This document shows, piece by piece, positions 41,363 to 55,602 of a DNA stretch of 64,000 nucleotides. Made by a program: the position numbers and the translations under genes. The number at the start of each line of letters is the position of its first letter. Position 1 is the stretch's first letter. The notes beneath the pieces are model-generated. The model saw nothing but the letters and a program-made list of their open reading frames with translations. It was not told where the DNA came from and did no database searches. Source of the stretch: Seison nebaliae. Its lineage: Eukaryota. The stretch spans positions 1 to 64,000 of the forward strand of contig JALJEE010002943.1 in assembly GCA_023231475.1 (NCBI GenBank), in the 5' to 3' direction.

Positions 41363-43454
41363 ATGAGAAAATTGAGAAAATCTGCTTCGTTTTCTCCTTT
41401 GCCGTTGATCCTTATCACAGCTACAACAAACAAGAAGAAAAACAAGAAGAAAAACCTAAAAAAAAGTTATAGTAACAGGGCCGTGACTTCCGTACAAAAA
41501 ATATGGAATGAACAATTTAATCATCATAATTCCACTGCCTCACTAACTGGAATTCTTCGAAGAAGACCATTCAACGGACGAACGAATAATATTATTCCGA
41601 CGAACGATGCGAGAAAGTCGAATGATTCCGATTGGAATGTTTGGAATGATACACATCGTTATTATCGGAGAATGTCGACGGCGGTGATGAACGAGTCGCG
41701 ACGACAATCACAAATAATTTTATCTAATCTTTATTCTATCACCTCAGCAATGACGATAGGAAATGATTCGTCATTCGTGTATGGAGATCTCCCTTCCACC
41801 AGTCTCAATAAAATGAATAATGTGAAACAGATAAAGGAAAACATAAGGAAAAGCAGCATTATAAATAATTTGAGTATAGGCAACAACAAGAAGAACAGTT
41901 CCAATAAAGACCGAAGTAATAATAATTTCGGTAGTAATATTAATTATAGTAATTGTGATATTTTTCAAAAAGACAACGGCAGCAGAAAGAAGAGTCTTAG
42001 AAGTACATCCGAAAGGATAAATAGTAATCGTTATTTAACATACTTATATTCTAAACAGAAAGGAAATGATGTAGAAGCAAGTGGGAAAATTTCTGAAAAG
42101 CATAATGAAAGTGGTCGAGCGAAAAAGAAAATTGGTCGTTCCATTGAACATGATAGAAGAAGATGTTTTATGTTCGGTTTATCTCCTATCTCTTTCAATT
42201 CATTAAATTTAACTGTTTCTTCTTTATCATCAACTGCTATTCCATCTTCTCCCATTTAGTCAAGAAGACCGTAAGACTTCCGTGTTTTCCCAATCAAAAT
42301 ATATTCAACAACATAATCTGAACGAACTGAAACAGGATAATAAAAATCGCAAAAGAAAAAGAGGTGAAATTATAAGTCGAAATGAACAGTTGTCGATAAT
42401 GCATAACATTCAATCACAATCCAATCCATCACAAGAAGACGACCAGTCCACTAACCATTGGAAACAGTCGAAGCCATTTGATGAAGAGTCTGGCATGAAT
42501 AATCGAAATAGCCGTAGTCAAACCATTTTCCGTAATTCGTCTGATAAAACTGCCAACCATCGACTACCACCTCAGAGCAATATTGGACGTTTGAACCGTC
42601 ACCAACAGGAAGCAGCTCCAATTCATAAGTCGAAATGGATGAACCTAAAAAATGATTTGAGGAAGAAATCCTTAACCATTCTTTCGAAAAATAAATATTT
42701 TCCTTCCAATTCATCGATCTCTCTTATGGCCTCTGCAGCTATTTCTGCCAATAATTTATTTGACCAAAGTCCCATGAAGATTTCGAATGATCCAAATGGA
42801 ACGAACTCCAATAAACTTGCTTGTTCAATTTCTTCAACTTCTCTCAAGTCAATATATTCTGACTCTTCATCCACACTTTCCTTGCCTTCACCATCGTCTT
42901 CTATTTCCTCTCTGAAATCGACTGGTTCATTCACGTCAACAACAGCCCGTACAATAAGACCAGCAGCGAAATCTATCATTTCAATAACACCATCGACGAA
43001 AACAGTAGTAAATGAACTAAATTTATCATCTCTCATCTCACGAATTGCACCGAATAAACCCGACCCTCCGGGAACAAAAAGTAATTTAGCAAATCATTCG
43101 AATCCACATTATCGTCGTTCAACTAGTTACGACTCATCACGTTTGTTCGCTACAAATACTCGATTGGTCCAATCGAAGGGTGGGAAGAATTTGTACGGAT
43201 TTTTAAGAAACACTGGCCCAAGATCGACGATCAAACGAGTTGAACACTACAAGACGAGCGTATACGAAACATTAATTCGATCACAATACTCAGAAATGTC
43301 AAATGGAATATCGCCTACTGCTCAATATAATTCAAAATTGGTTAATAAATGTGATAATATTATCCATGGAAATGTTAATATTCCTAATACGACTTCTCTT
43401 CTACTCTTTATTTTTTCTGATATCCTTCTTCTTGCTATCTCTTTCAGTATCTGA
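41363..43454 (+). CDS. Uncharacterised Ser/Asn/Arg-rich, probably disordered protein (two long ORFs probably joined by an intron ending at 42259)
   Basis: ORFs of 298 and 390 aa; a phase-2 GTTCGG...TTTAG intron joins them in frame. The 3' end is unresolved and no family was recognised. Confidence 0.5.
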
Positions 43455-44097
43455 AGGCGAAATTTTATGTGGAGTATCTTGTGCATTTCTGTATGTGTTT
43501 ATGTCGCTTATGTCTTGTTATTTTTTGGAATTTTCAAATTATTGCTTCTCTTCAACATGTACTATTACCGATATATGTTTCGATTTGTCTATATAACTCA
43601 CGTAAATTTCTCCCAAAGTCATTCTCCTTTTTATGATGGCCATAATTCGCTCGTTCTTATGCATTGACATGAATGTTAGTTAGTGCGTTGTGCTTACTGA
43701 CTCTATAAACCATCAACCCATCACCATTGGGATATTCTTATTGTTCATGTAAGAAATTAGGAAAGGAAAGATCAAAACCTAAAGACATCTCCTTTTCACT
43801 ATCAACAATTTGCTATCGGAATAATAACAAGATCATGGATAGCAATTATTGTTATTTGCTGCATCGAATTATTTCTCCTGCTGACGATGATAATGATGCT
43901 TATTTACGTTTAAGATTATATAAAAATTACTCTAATTACACGTATGGCATTTTTGATGAATGAACATAAGAATATTTTTAAATATCAACGATTAATTCCT
44001 TTATATTTTCTTCTTTTTTCCTTCCCATCAGGAGAATACTAGGAAAAAACTCAAACTGAAAATTCCATCAATTTCAACAATATACTCGTGGAAACTC

Positions 44098-46386
44098 ATG
44101 AAAAAATCGAAAGGTAATCGTCTTAATAAACTTTTCCGTCGATTACGACACTTCTCGGTGAAAAACAAGAAGAAACCATCTTTGACTTGTTCGATTTCGA
44201 ATAAACCGTGTGATTTGGTTGTTAATAAGAATGAGGAGAAAGTAAAAGAAGATCCGGAAGAAAAAATTATGGTTAATTCATCCTGTTCACCTTCTACATC
44301 GTTGGAAGATTCGTTACTTCTAACTCAAAAGGAAACACCTTCTTCACTCACTCTTAGGAAATACAGTGCTGAACAAGTGAATAATGAAGGTAAAGAACGT
44401 ACGAGAAAAGAACGTTCGTCCGATACTCAAATTGATTATCAAAGAAATATAAAAACCAGTTTACCAGAAAGTAGTTCGTTATTATCATTATATGAATTAA
44501 CAACCAGTGAACAAAAAAATTATTTAAATTATTTGGATACGATGATAAAGATGAATGAAGAGAATAATCCAATGAATCAACCTAGTGCTCCAGATTTCTT
44601 AAGAAAATCCTCCATAATCACCACAATATTTGCGAAAGAGTTTAATAAATTATATGGAAAGACGAAAAATGATTGTTTGGAAGAAATGCATAAGAATATG
44701 AAAATTGATTCCCCATGGCCACAAATCGAGAACTTGACAAATTACGACGGGACAACTAATAAAAACATTCAAGATAATGTTGAAGGAAATGAAGGTATTA
44801 GTGTTTATGAAAATGTGAAGAATGAATGTCAAATGGATAAAGATAAGAAGGAAATGATTTTCATCGATATTGATAAAAATAATAATGAAGAAGAATTTGA
44901 GACTGATGTCAATCTATCAACAAATCTCCCTATTTACTCCTCCAAATCGAATACATTGACCATTCAACCAATACCACATGGCCCACGCAATAAATCAGCA
45001 GGTAATCGTCAAAGTTTTCTTCAACGACGATTATCCAATAGACGTCGCAATCGATCTAGCTGTCAAAAGAATGAGAAATCGTTAACTTCACTCATCACTA
45101 ATATCACTACTTCCAATAAATGGATTGCTGACTCCGTCATTAATCGTTCCCCAATGGAATGGTTACAATTCGATAAAACGAAAAAAGATATCCCATCACA
45201 ACATGCAGATAATGGAGTGGATGATGACGAAAGTAAATCGTCAGATGATTCTCTTTATCTTGTCATTAATAATGATGGTCAACATGAAAATAAAGGTGAA
45301 GGAAAGAATAATTGTGATAAATTACATAATATTGTGATCAATGTTAGTAAGAATTATACGATGAATCTATTCGGAATTGCATCTTATCGGCAATTTGAAG
45401 AATGTTTGGATAATGAAGAGTGGCAGTCAGTTGTACAAAGTGGAAGTGCTCAATCGAAACCAATAGTTGAACAAAATTTATTAAGTAAATTCCTTTTTTC
45501 TTCATTGACCTCTCAACAAGATACGACACACAATAATCATCCACGTATGAAATTACAACATGCGGTAATATTTCATTTGAAGCATTTGAGTTTATCTGAT
45601 GAAGTGAAGAAATATCTTCAACAATTTAATCATAAGAATGATAAACATAAAAGATTGTCGTTCGAATTCAATATAAAACTTTTCACTTCTTATAATTCAA
45701 TCAAGAAAATCAATGAAGATTGTTCATTGCAGTTACAACAAGATGAAATGTTCAACAACGAAAAATTATGTACCTTATATTCTCGAACAATCATTAAACA
45801 CATTAACTTCTCCAATAAACTGCTTAATATTGATAATTATGCAATGCCCATCGATTATTCACCTTCATCTTCTTCATTCACTTCGAGCAAGCCCACTTGT
45901 AACAAATGCAATTCAATAACTAATTTCCTCATGCTTAATCATTATTTTCAAGTGCAATTACCACAGTTTAAGCGTTCACTACTTACTCATGAGAATTATT
46001 CAAATATTTTATATTTTTCTTGTCGAATCGAGTTATTATCGAAGAATTCATCTGATAATTTGACAGTTGATAATAAGACTGATCGAATCGTCATAGGCAA
46101 CTGTACATCGGCTATCAAACTCATTGTTGAAGAGAAGCAAACTATTAATATTACACCGGTTACTGAAAACGAATCATCTCCACTCAACAAAAGTTTGAAG
46201 AAGCAATGGAAGACATTGAAAAGGAAGTCTTATAAGAAAATTTCAAGGAATCGTTCATCTATACGACAATCTATTAAACCGGTTTATAAAAAAGAGAACG
46301 ATAATCCACCATCTGAAGAGTCATTATTGAAACCGGATGATATTCTAAATTCGTTTAAGATGACATTATCACTTCAAGTTGAGTGA
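44098..46386 (+). CDS. Uncharacterised 762-aa protein, possibly with a divergent C2-like C-terminal region
   Basis: Long uninterrupted ORF in AT-rich DNA; disordered N-half; alternating hydrophobic strands ending DRIVIGNC. Confidence 0.6.
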   Translation: MKKSKGNRLNKLFRRLRHFSVKNKKKPSLTCSISNKPCDLVVNKNEEKVKEDPEEKIMVNSSCSPSTSLEDSLLLTQKETPSSLTLRKYSAEQVNNEGKERTRKERSSDTQIDYQRNIKTSLPESSSLLSLYELTTSEQKNYLNYLDTMIKMNEENNPMNQPSAPDFLRKSSIITTIFAKEFNKLYGKTKNDCLEEMHKNMKIDSPWPQIENLTNYDGTTNKNIQDNVEGNEGISVYENVKNECQMDKDKKEMIFIDIDKNNNEEEFETDVNLSTNLPIYSSKSNTLTIQPIPHGPRNKSAGNRQSFLQRRLSNRRRNRSSCQKNEKSLTSLITNITTSNKWIADSVINRSPMEWLQFDKTKKDIPSQHADNGVDDDESKSSDDSLYLVINNDGQHENKGEGKNNCDKLHNIVINVSKNYTMNLFGIASYRQFEECLDNEEWQSVVQSGSAQSKPIVEQNLLSKFLFSSLTSQQDTTHNNHPRMKLQHAVIFHLKHLSLSDEVKKYLQQFNHKNDKHKRLSFEFNIKLFTSYNSIKKINEDCSLQLQQDEMFNNEKLCTLYSRTIIKHINFSNKLLNIDNYAMPIDYSPSSSSFTSSKPTCNKCNSITNFLMLNHYFQVQLPQFKRSLLTHENYSNILYFSCRIELLSKNSSDNLTVDNKTDRIVIGNCTSAIKLIVEEKQTINITPVTENESSPLNKSLKKQWKTLKRKSYKKISRNRSSIRQSIKPVYKKENDNPPSEESLLKPDDILNSFKMTLSLQVE

Positions 46387-47739
46387 TGAACCGAAACCTT
46401 TATTTATTTTCTTTTATATAGCTCAAAATTAATTATTATGTAAATGAAGATTCTTTCACTTCTTTTTAAATAATTAATTAATAATTTAATTAGTTCGTTT
46501 TAAAACAAGCCCCATGACATCAAATTAAGTTAACGCGGTAAAACTTATTAATAATGAAGTTTCATCTCAATTCTAAATCTATTTCACTAATGATTAGAAG
46601 CACTAGAAATTAGAAACTTCTAATCTTCGACAAATTGTCTTTTCTTTTAAGTTCTTTAAAATTTTTCACGATTATTATTATTATGTATAATATCCGAAGA
46701 GTTGAACATAATTGGCCTTAACTCGGTCGTTGGACTTTACTGGTGAACGCGTTAAATTTTAAAGGAAAATATATTTTCCTATATAGGATATATCCTCTTC
46801 ATTCACTTCGAGCATTCCTACATGTGACATGGAAAACTTAAGTTTTATAATTTAGAAAACGATAAATTTAGAATAAGATAATTATCTTATTCTTACACAA
46901 ACATCATGCTTGAATATGTTCCACATATACATGTATCACATCATGTATATAAGTTTCCAACGTGAACCTAGGAACAAATAACTATTATTGCTCTTTTTAA
47001 CTAAAATAAAATTTTAAAAACTTTAAGGTTTATAAATTTTTTAAACCGAAACTTTCAAGAATTAAAATTTTAAATTTAACACCGGCTTGCTTATAGTTCC
47101 GTCAAAAATGAATAAATTATATATAATATATATTGAAAGAATACTTTTTAAAACATGTTTTGATGTTTTTTTTGTTAAATGAAGTTAGCAACCGATAGAA
47201 TAATTTCTTTGATAACAAAATTCTTCAATGTAAACATTACAATGCTTCGTCTGCAAAGAATTCATAAAATTTTTGAAATATCTTTATGATTTCTTTGAAG
47301 ACTATTATTATTGAGAAAATATTAAAATTATGTCACTCTCAAAATTAGGTAATTTATATTATTATAATTATTTATAGAATAGAAGCTTAAAATTACGAAA
47401 AATTGAAGAAAAATTGTGAAACTTGTTTGAATAGGAATGTCGTAAAATGATTCAGTTGATTTAAATTCAGTTATTTACCACATGTCTGTTCTTTATATAA
47501 ATAAGTGGAATATTTTGCAAAAAAAATATTACACATGATTCGTTTTGTTTGCTACGTTAAGTGGGGAGAAATTTACTGTAAGAGAAATCGTTTATCATTT
47601 CTTAATTTATTATATTTCGTTTCTTAATTTTATTTATTATCTATTTTTCAACGTATTTATTCTTAAATTAAAACATTTCATTCATTCTTTTCTTTCCAAA
47701 TCGAATAGAAACAAAAAATAATTTGTAATTCAATTGAAA

Positions 47740-49132
47740 ATGGCAACAAATGGAGAACAACCAGATACCGCCGATCGAAATGTTGAAATTTGGAAGATTA
47801 AACAATTGGTACAGCGATTGCAGGCAGCTCGTGGCAATGGAACGAGTATGATTTCTCTCATCATTCCCCCACGTGATCAAATTACAAGAGTGGCACATAT
47901 GTTAGCGGACGAATATGGAACAGCGACAAATATCAAAAGTCGAGTGAATCGATTAAGTGTTTTAGGTGCCATTCTAAGTGTACAGGCACGATTAAGATTA
48001 TATAATAAGGTTCCTGTGAACGGATTAGTCATTTATTGTGGAACAATTCTCACAGATGAAGGACGAGAAAAGAAAGTGAATATCGATTTCGAACCATTCA
48101 AACCGGTCAACACTTCGATGTATCTTTGTGATAATAAATTCCATACTGAAGCTCTTTCTGCACTGTTAGTTGACGATCAGAAATTTGGATTTATCATTAT
48201 GGATGGAAATGGTTGTCTTTTCGGAACACTTCAAGGAAATGCTCGAGAAGTTTTGACGAAATTTAATGTGGAACTTCCAAAGAAACATGGACGTGGAGGA
48301 CAATCAGCTCTACGATTTGCAAGGTTGCGAATGGAGAAACGTCACAATTATGTACGGAAAGTAGCTGAAACAGCAGTACAATGTTTCATCACAAATGATA
48401 AACCGAATGTTCAAGGATTAATATTGGCTGGATGTGCTGATTTCAAAACGGATTTGGGTTCATCAGATATGTTAGATCAGCGATTGGCTAGTAAAATATT
48501 GAAAACAGTCGACGTGTCATATGGAGGAGAGAGTGGATTCAATCAAGCCATTGAACTCTCTCAAGAAGTTCTTCAAAATGTGAAATTTATGCAAGAAAAG
48601 AAATTGATCGGTTTGAAATTTTATTTAAAATTTTTTCTTCAAATTATTTTTAGCGAAATATTTTGATGAAATTTCACAAGATACGGGAATGTATTGTTTC
48701 GGCGTGTCAGATACGTTGAAGGCGTTGGATTTGGGTGCGGTTGAAACGTTGATAATTTGGGAGAATTTAGATATTACAAGATATGAATTGAAAAATACTT
48801 CAACGAATAAAGAAATCGTCATTCATTTGAGACAAGATGAAGAGAAGGAACGAGATCATTTTACTGATAAGGAAACTGGACAAGAACTCGATTTAGTTGA
48901 GAAGGTGTCCCTTATCGAATGGTTCGCAAATAATTATAAGAAATTCGGAGCTAATTTGGAAATTGTGACTGATCGATCACAACAAGGGTCTCAATTCGTG
49001 AAAGGATTCGGAGGAATTGGTGGAATATTAAGATATCGTGTCGACTTCGCGTCCTTGAATGGAATGGATGACGATTACGAAAGCAAGAACGACGATGACT
49101 ATATCAATTGGGATGAGAATGATTATTTATAA
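47740..49132 (+). CDS. ETF1: Eukaryotic peptide chain release factor subunit 1 (intron 48611-48653)
   Basis: [40 protein letters not shown] and [11 protein letters not shown]. Confidence 0.97.
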
Positions 49133-50999
49133 TATTGGTCCAATATCTCCATTCGCTCTCCGATGAGTTTGGTGGGAGGTGTTCACAGGGAGAGGAATGT
49201 GTAAAACAATTGACATAATAACATCAATAAGCAATTTATTGATCGATTTGATTGAGACATGATACATTCAATACGACACGTATTCACGATGTCGTCCACA
49301 CAGACAATAAGAGAACGATTGTCTGAATGATATTCCTGAAGAAAAATTATTTATATTTTCTTCTTTTCTTTCTTTTTCATCATCATCACCATCATGATCA
49401 ATTAATTATTCATCATTTCCATATAAGAATAATTTGATAGCATGGATGAGACTCTTCAAATCGAAAAAATAAATGAAAATTTAAAAAAAATAAAAAGTTT
49501 TTATGAAATTTTATAAATTTTTTTAAGAACTTTTATTTCTTTTAACAATTTTCTCATTTTTTCATTCTCTTTCTTCTAGAATCGAGATTCGTGGATTCGT
49601 TTCATTTTAAATACTGTCTCAAATTTCCAATTCATGATTAATCTTTAATGAATCTATTAATTTCTTTCATTACCTCTCATAAAACACTCTTTTAGTGACT
49701 CAGATAATCAAAAATGAATAATATTCTCCAAATCTTACTTTTCTCCAATGATTTTATATGAAAGTTAAAATATAAATTATATGACATAACTAAATAGTTG
49801 ACGGATGAGAAGAGATAAACATCAGTTGATGAGTTGCTCATATGAGATGAATAATGAATAATAAGATGCGATTAGAATTAACGGATTCGATTTAGCAATC
49901 CATCGACAATGTTCCAGAGGAAACTTGTCGACATAAATCAATTATCTAATTTTCGACCAACAGTAACTTTAGAGAACAAAAGGGAATGTCCACCTCCAAT
50001 TATAGGAAGAGACGAATCGTACGATTGTTAACGCCTTAAATTTCAGTTGAAGATTACATCCCAATTTCATCTATAAATATTTTAACAATTCATTAGAACT
50101 AAACAAACCTATTCAATTAGTCAAATAATATTTTTTCTCAAAAAAAAAAACACCACACACCCAAACAAACTCCATTGTAAAATTACTGATAAATCGGAGC
50201 AATTACCAATGAGACATAAACAAATAAGGCGTCATCCTGAGAAGGAGATTCATTCACATCATCCAAATCTCTGTTTCCAATTCCGGAGAAAGAAAGGTCG
50301 AAAATCAAAAAACAATCGAGTTGACGTAATTAGATGTGGTGGAGAAATGTTATGTTCCATCCAACGAGAACAGCGTCGTCGACTTAAAAGACTTATAAGC
50401 AGACGTACTAAAATAAGTAACAATGTTAACAAATATTATTCATTTGCTGACGAGTCTATGCGAGACAAACGATGCAAGTTAGGAAATATTTATTGATTTT
50501 ATATACCGTTTCCGTTATATATCAGTTTCCGTTTCTATAACATTTAATGATTAGTATGAGAAATATTTGAATAAGAAAATTGAATTTTATAAGTTCCTAA
50601 TTAGATCTACTCTGCAACTCCACTCGAATTGCAACTCTAGCTTGACTTTTTTTAAATTAAGAACTCAACTTGTTCAGTTTATTTGTTATGCTAAATTGAC
50701 GCAGTTTGATGAACTGTGACAAACCAATCATTTATGCTTCTCATTCAATATCTTTTATTACCGTTATATCGAATAAGAGCCATTCATACGTTAAGAGTTT
50801 ACATAATTTTTTAATTTATTCATTATCAGTTTGGGTGTGTAAATGTGTGTATATGCGTGTGTGTGTGTGGCTGAAGTGAATGGTGAAGATTGTGAAGATT
50901 TGTCTATTAGAGAGAAATAAAGAAAAGTCAATTAGGAAAAATAATGAAGTAAAATTCTTTAACCAATAAGTTTAATAAGAGAAAGATTTGAAAAAAAGA

Positions 51000-52990
51000 A
51001 TGGAAGAATTACTAATTTTTTTGATAAATTGTGTTGGATTATTCCTTGTGATTGAATCTACATCGAATTTTCCACCTTGTGAAAAGTTCATGTCTTAATT
51101 TTTAATTCTCTGATTTCTTTTACTATCAATTGTAGTGTTGTATTCTGTGGAGGGAAGTTGTTGCATATGGTACAAATGAACAGGATTTACAACGATTCGA
51201 AAACATTCGTCGATCTCCAATTGAAGGATAGTCCTTTTGTGACGATGAAGAATTTCGAGCAATTAATCACCGAACGAAATGTTACTCGGGAAATTCTCGG
51301 AAATTTCGTCAATTCATCATTCATTCCATCGAATAATTCTTTCGAATTATGGGAACCAGAAGATTGGTCACCAGAACCACCTATTTTGAATGAGGTGAAA
51401 GAGGAGGTCGTCCGAAACTTCTTAAAAGATTTGAACGACATTTGGAGAACTTTAGGAAGGAAAGTCAATGTGAATTTACGTGATCATCCTGAATTGAATT
51501 CATTAATTTATTATCCGTATGGTAGTATCGTACCAGGTGGAAGATTTCATGAATTTTATTACTGGGATACTTATTGGGTGTTCGAAGGTATTTTAAGATG
51601 TGGAATGTATTCGACTGCAAGAGGAATGTTATTGAACTTTGCTCAAAGTGTTAATCGTTTTGGTCATATTCCAAACGGTGGACGAATTTATTATACGAAT
51701 CGTTCACAACCTCCATTGTTCATACAGATGGCATCCATCTATCTTAATTTCACTCAAGACAAAGATCTCATTAGGCAATTATTAGGAAGTCTGGAAAAAG
51801 AGTTCGAGTTTTGGATGCAACATCATACAGTAGAGATGTTTAATAATTCCACTCTTTTATTATTTCGATATTTCGTTGAATTGAGTACGCCAAGACCTGA
51901 ATCATACCGTGAAGATTTCCACATGTCTCTAAAACTGAAGAATGGTGAAGAGAAAAGGAAATTTTATTCAAATTTAGCTGCCGCTTGTGAAAGCGGTTGG
52001 GATTTCTCATTACGATGGTTACCAATGACATATCGTGATCAGAAAGATCAATTACGAAGAGATTCTTCCATTCTATCAACTTATCAAAAGAACAAATATT
52101 TCAAAATTTCATCGAACCATTCCACAAGTCAGATGCCATTCTCATTGTTAAATATCATGACGAATGATATTATTCCTGTTGATCTTAATTCGTTCATGTT
52201 CCGCAACGCGAAAATCTTATCCGATTTCCATAAACTTTTGACTGGTGATGAAATAAAAGTTCTTCAATATCGTTCAATCGCTCAACGAATACAGAATGGA
52301 ATTAACGAAGTTTTATGGAATGACATTCATGGCAGTTGGTTCGATTATGATTTGCGAGAGATGAATCATCGAACAAAATTTTATTATATTTCATCTTTGA
52401 CTCCTTTGTATGTGAAATGTCAACGATCAATCAAACAAGAATATCGAGCGATATCCTATGCTGTTCAGAATTACATGTTTTCTTATAATTATGGTATTCC
52501 AACGAGCATGGTGCAATCTGGTCAACAATGGGATTTTCCCAATGCTTGGGCACCATTAACGGATGTCATTGTTTCTGCATTTCATCAATCTCAAGATGAA
52601 CGTATTAGAAGTTTGGGAAAAAATTTAGCTTTGAGATGGGTCAAGACTAATTATGAGGAATTCAAGAGAACTGGTCAAATGTTTGAGAAATATAATGTTG
52701 TGACTGGTAAGCGTGGTGGTGGTGGCGAATATATTGTTCAAGATGGTTTTGGCTGGTCAAATGGTGTGATCTTCAAATTTATCAATATGTATCCGGATGA
52801 CATTGCAAAAGTTCTGGATATGGATTGGAGCCAAATGACGATTGATAAAGGCGAAGAATTATGTGAAATAAAGGGAAACATCACGATCGATAATTCGTGT
52901 TTGGGGAATGTTGTTCCAAATATACGTTCGAATTCAACTAATTTAATTCTAATTTCTTTAATTGCTATCCTCTGTCTTTCCATCTTATAA
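51000..52990 (+). CDS. TREH: Trehalase (GH37), signal peptide and hydrophobic C-terminus (GPI or membrane anchor)
   Basis: DSKTFVD, PGGRFHEFYYWDTY, NRSQPP, PRPESYRED, ESGWDFS, QWDFPNAWAP and GGGGEY..QDGFGWSNG. A short first exon is joined by a GTT intron. Confidence 0.95.
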
Positions 52991-53686
52991 TTTCCCTTCT
53001 CATTCGAACTCGTTCCAACTTATCAGAAGAAAATAATTCAATTTTTATTTTCTATTTGAACAATCGATCGAAATTTCATAAAAAAGAAATGAAATAAAAT
53101 TGTGAAAAATTTGTATAAAAATATTTGTGTGTGCGTGTGTGTATGTTTAGGTTAGTGGTGAGAGTAAATGTGATGAAATAAAGAATTATGAGATTTCAAA
53201 AATGAATAGACGATATTCATTCTTCCAACAACGGAACCATGAATATGAATACAATTGAGGGAATAAATTGTGTAAAAATATAAAAGAAACAAACCAGTTT
53301 CTCGGAAATAATCAATTTCATTGAATTGTATGTGATTTCTACGAAAAAATTTCTTCTTGAAGAACGACAGGAATGAATGTTGTTTGAGTGTTACATTTCT
53401 CATGAAATATAAAAAAAATGATGAAGAGTTTGTTTGATACTTTTGGAATAGAGTTGGCAGATTGAGTTTTGAATGAAAAAGGAATTGAAATAAGTGAATA
53501 ATATACAAGGGAGAATATATGATATATATTTAGCTATCAGAACAATAAATAAAGTGAATCGGAATTGTGAATTGTGATACACTTCATATCTTCCAATTTC
53601 ACTTAATACTTATCCGATTTCCCTTTTGAGCAGATAGTTAATGAAAAAAGATTGTTCACCAAAAACTTTGAAGAATTGAACAGATA

Positions 53687-55602
53687 TTAATCTTGTCCTT
53701 TCATTAATCGAATTCTAGCAAATTTTTCGAATGTCAAATCATCATCATCCTCATCATTCTTCACATCGCTTTTACAATTATCCGATTTGATTTCATAATT
53801 GATCGATCGATTATTCACATTATTATTCTGCGTCGTCACCAAATCATTTTCCTTCTTTTGAAATAGAAGAACTTCTTTTTCGTTCTGTTTCTGCTTCTCC
53901 GCAATAATCATATCTTTCAAGAATGGATTCGTGATCTTTGACAAATCGGGTTCTTCATCAATCTTTTTCATTCCTGTGATTTTATCATATCCATTCGGTT
54001 CTACAATATCAACATCATCCAAATCGATTAAATTCTCTTCTTGAATAGTCGGACCATCATTCTTCTGAAGATGACGATCTTCATCCGTCACATCAACCAC
54101 ATTCAATTGTGGTGTTTGTTTTTCGCTTTGATTCGTCAAACCTGAATTCGCCGGTTTCGCATGAGTCAAAGTGAAAGGCAATTCGATGACAATGTCTTGA
54201 GCTAGTGAAACAATTAATTTCACTCTTACTTTGTACATGACGTTAATATAAATATCTTTATTTGAACTATACCTATTTGGAGAATGAAAAAAAAATTTAA
54301 AATAAAAAAAATTTAAAACAAAACAAATTGTAAAATAAAAAAATAAAACTTTGTTGATGATGCAAGATTGGTATCTTCATGTTTCAATTTACCATCTAAT
54401 GCTAATCCTCGTTTATCTTTATTGTTGATGAGCAGAGGAATCATTGTATAAACTTTGGAGAATGTGGAACTTGGATGAATAGGAAATCCAGCTCTTGAAT
54501 ATTTGAATAGTGGAATAAATTATGGAAAAATTAATTTGAAAAAAATGTTTTCTTACTAACTCATTCTCAATTTCAGCTACATTACATTTATAACTTCCAA
54601 CGGCAAAAAAGCAAATATCAGAAAATTGTCGAATTGCCATTTTAATTTTTTTGATTGTCTTATTTGAATTATTTGTCACTTGAACATTCACATTAATCGG
54701 TTCTCCATGATAATACATCTGATGGAGATGATATTGATTAATCAGTCGTAGAGACAAAAAAAATTATTAACTTCTCTATCTAGAGAACATTCAAGATGTA
54801 GAGGTGCTGGTGACATAAGAAACTCTTTATGAACTTCGACATTCGGTTGAGGTGCTAATGGATATGGCGGGAGATATGATAATTTCCTAATAGCTAATCG
54901 AACGCAACATCTAAAAAATATTTAGAAGAAAATAAAATGGAGAAAAATTGATAAGACATCATTTAACTTCTTCATCGGTTTCTCATCCGGATAGTTTGCC
55001 ATAAACGATTTCAATTCGAAATCAATACCACATGGTTTCACCATGTCGTTAGGTCCGGGTTGTAATGTGACAGATGAAGGAGTATTTTGAGGAATCTAAA
55101 ATTTAAATAATCGATTAGTTGATATAGAATGGTATTAGGAAGAAGTGAAGGAATACTTCAAAATAGAATGGATGTGCATTACTCCCCAACTTCTTTATTA
55201 GACGTTGTTGTAAATAAGTGAGTGCTGATTGGTTTTCATGTTCGACAACTGGATAAACTTGTTTTGTTGCAGAGAATAAATCTTTTCGGAAACTGAGTCC
55301 AAGAACATCCAAATCATCACGTCCATAACGAAAGGCGCAGACGATTTGCACGAAAACTTTATATTTCTTCTCTCTCAAATATTCTGGATCGATAAGAACG
55401 ACACCATCCACCGGATCACACAATGTCCCATGATCGATGAAGTCTCGTTTCCCTAAATATGCTGTTAACTTTCCATTGGGACAAGCCTTTTTAAAAACTC
55501 TAAAAAAAGAAGAATTCTTTCGAGAAGACGAAAGAGGAAGATAGACCTCGTTCCACTTTTATCATGAGAAATGCCTCTTTCTTTCTCATCATTCTCATTC
55601 AT
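53687..55602 (-). CDS. ARRB: Beta-arrestin (7 exons)
   Basis: [68 protein letters not shown], clathrin box LIDLD and AP2 motif [14 protein letters not shown]. Confidence 0.95.

Noticed and set aside
46740..47085. Weak inverted similarity (GTTAAATTTTAAA ... TTTTAAATTTAAC) suggesting an old MITE
   Set aside because: Matches are short and AT-only, with no TSD and no second copy in the window.
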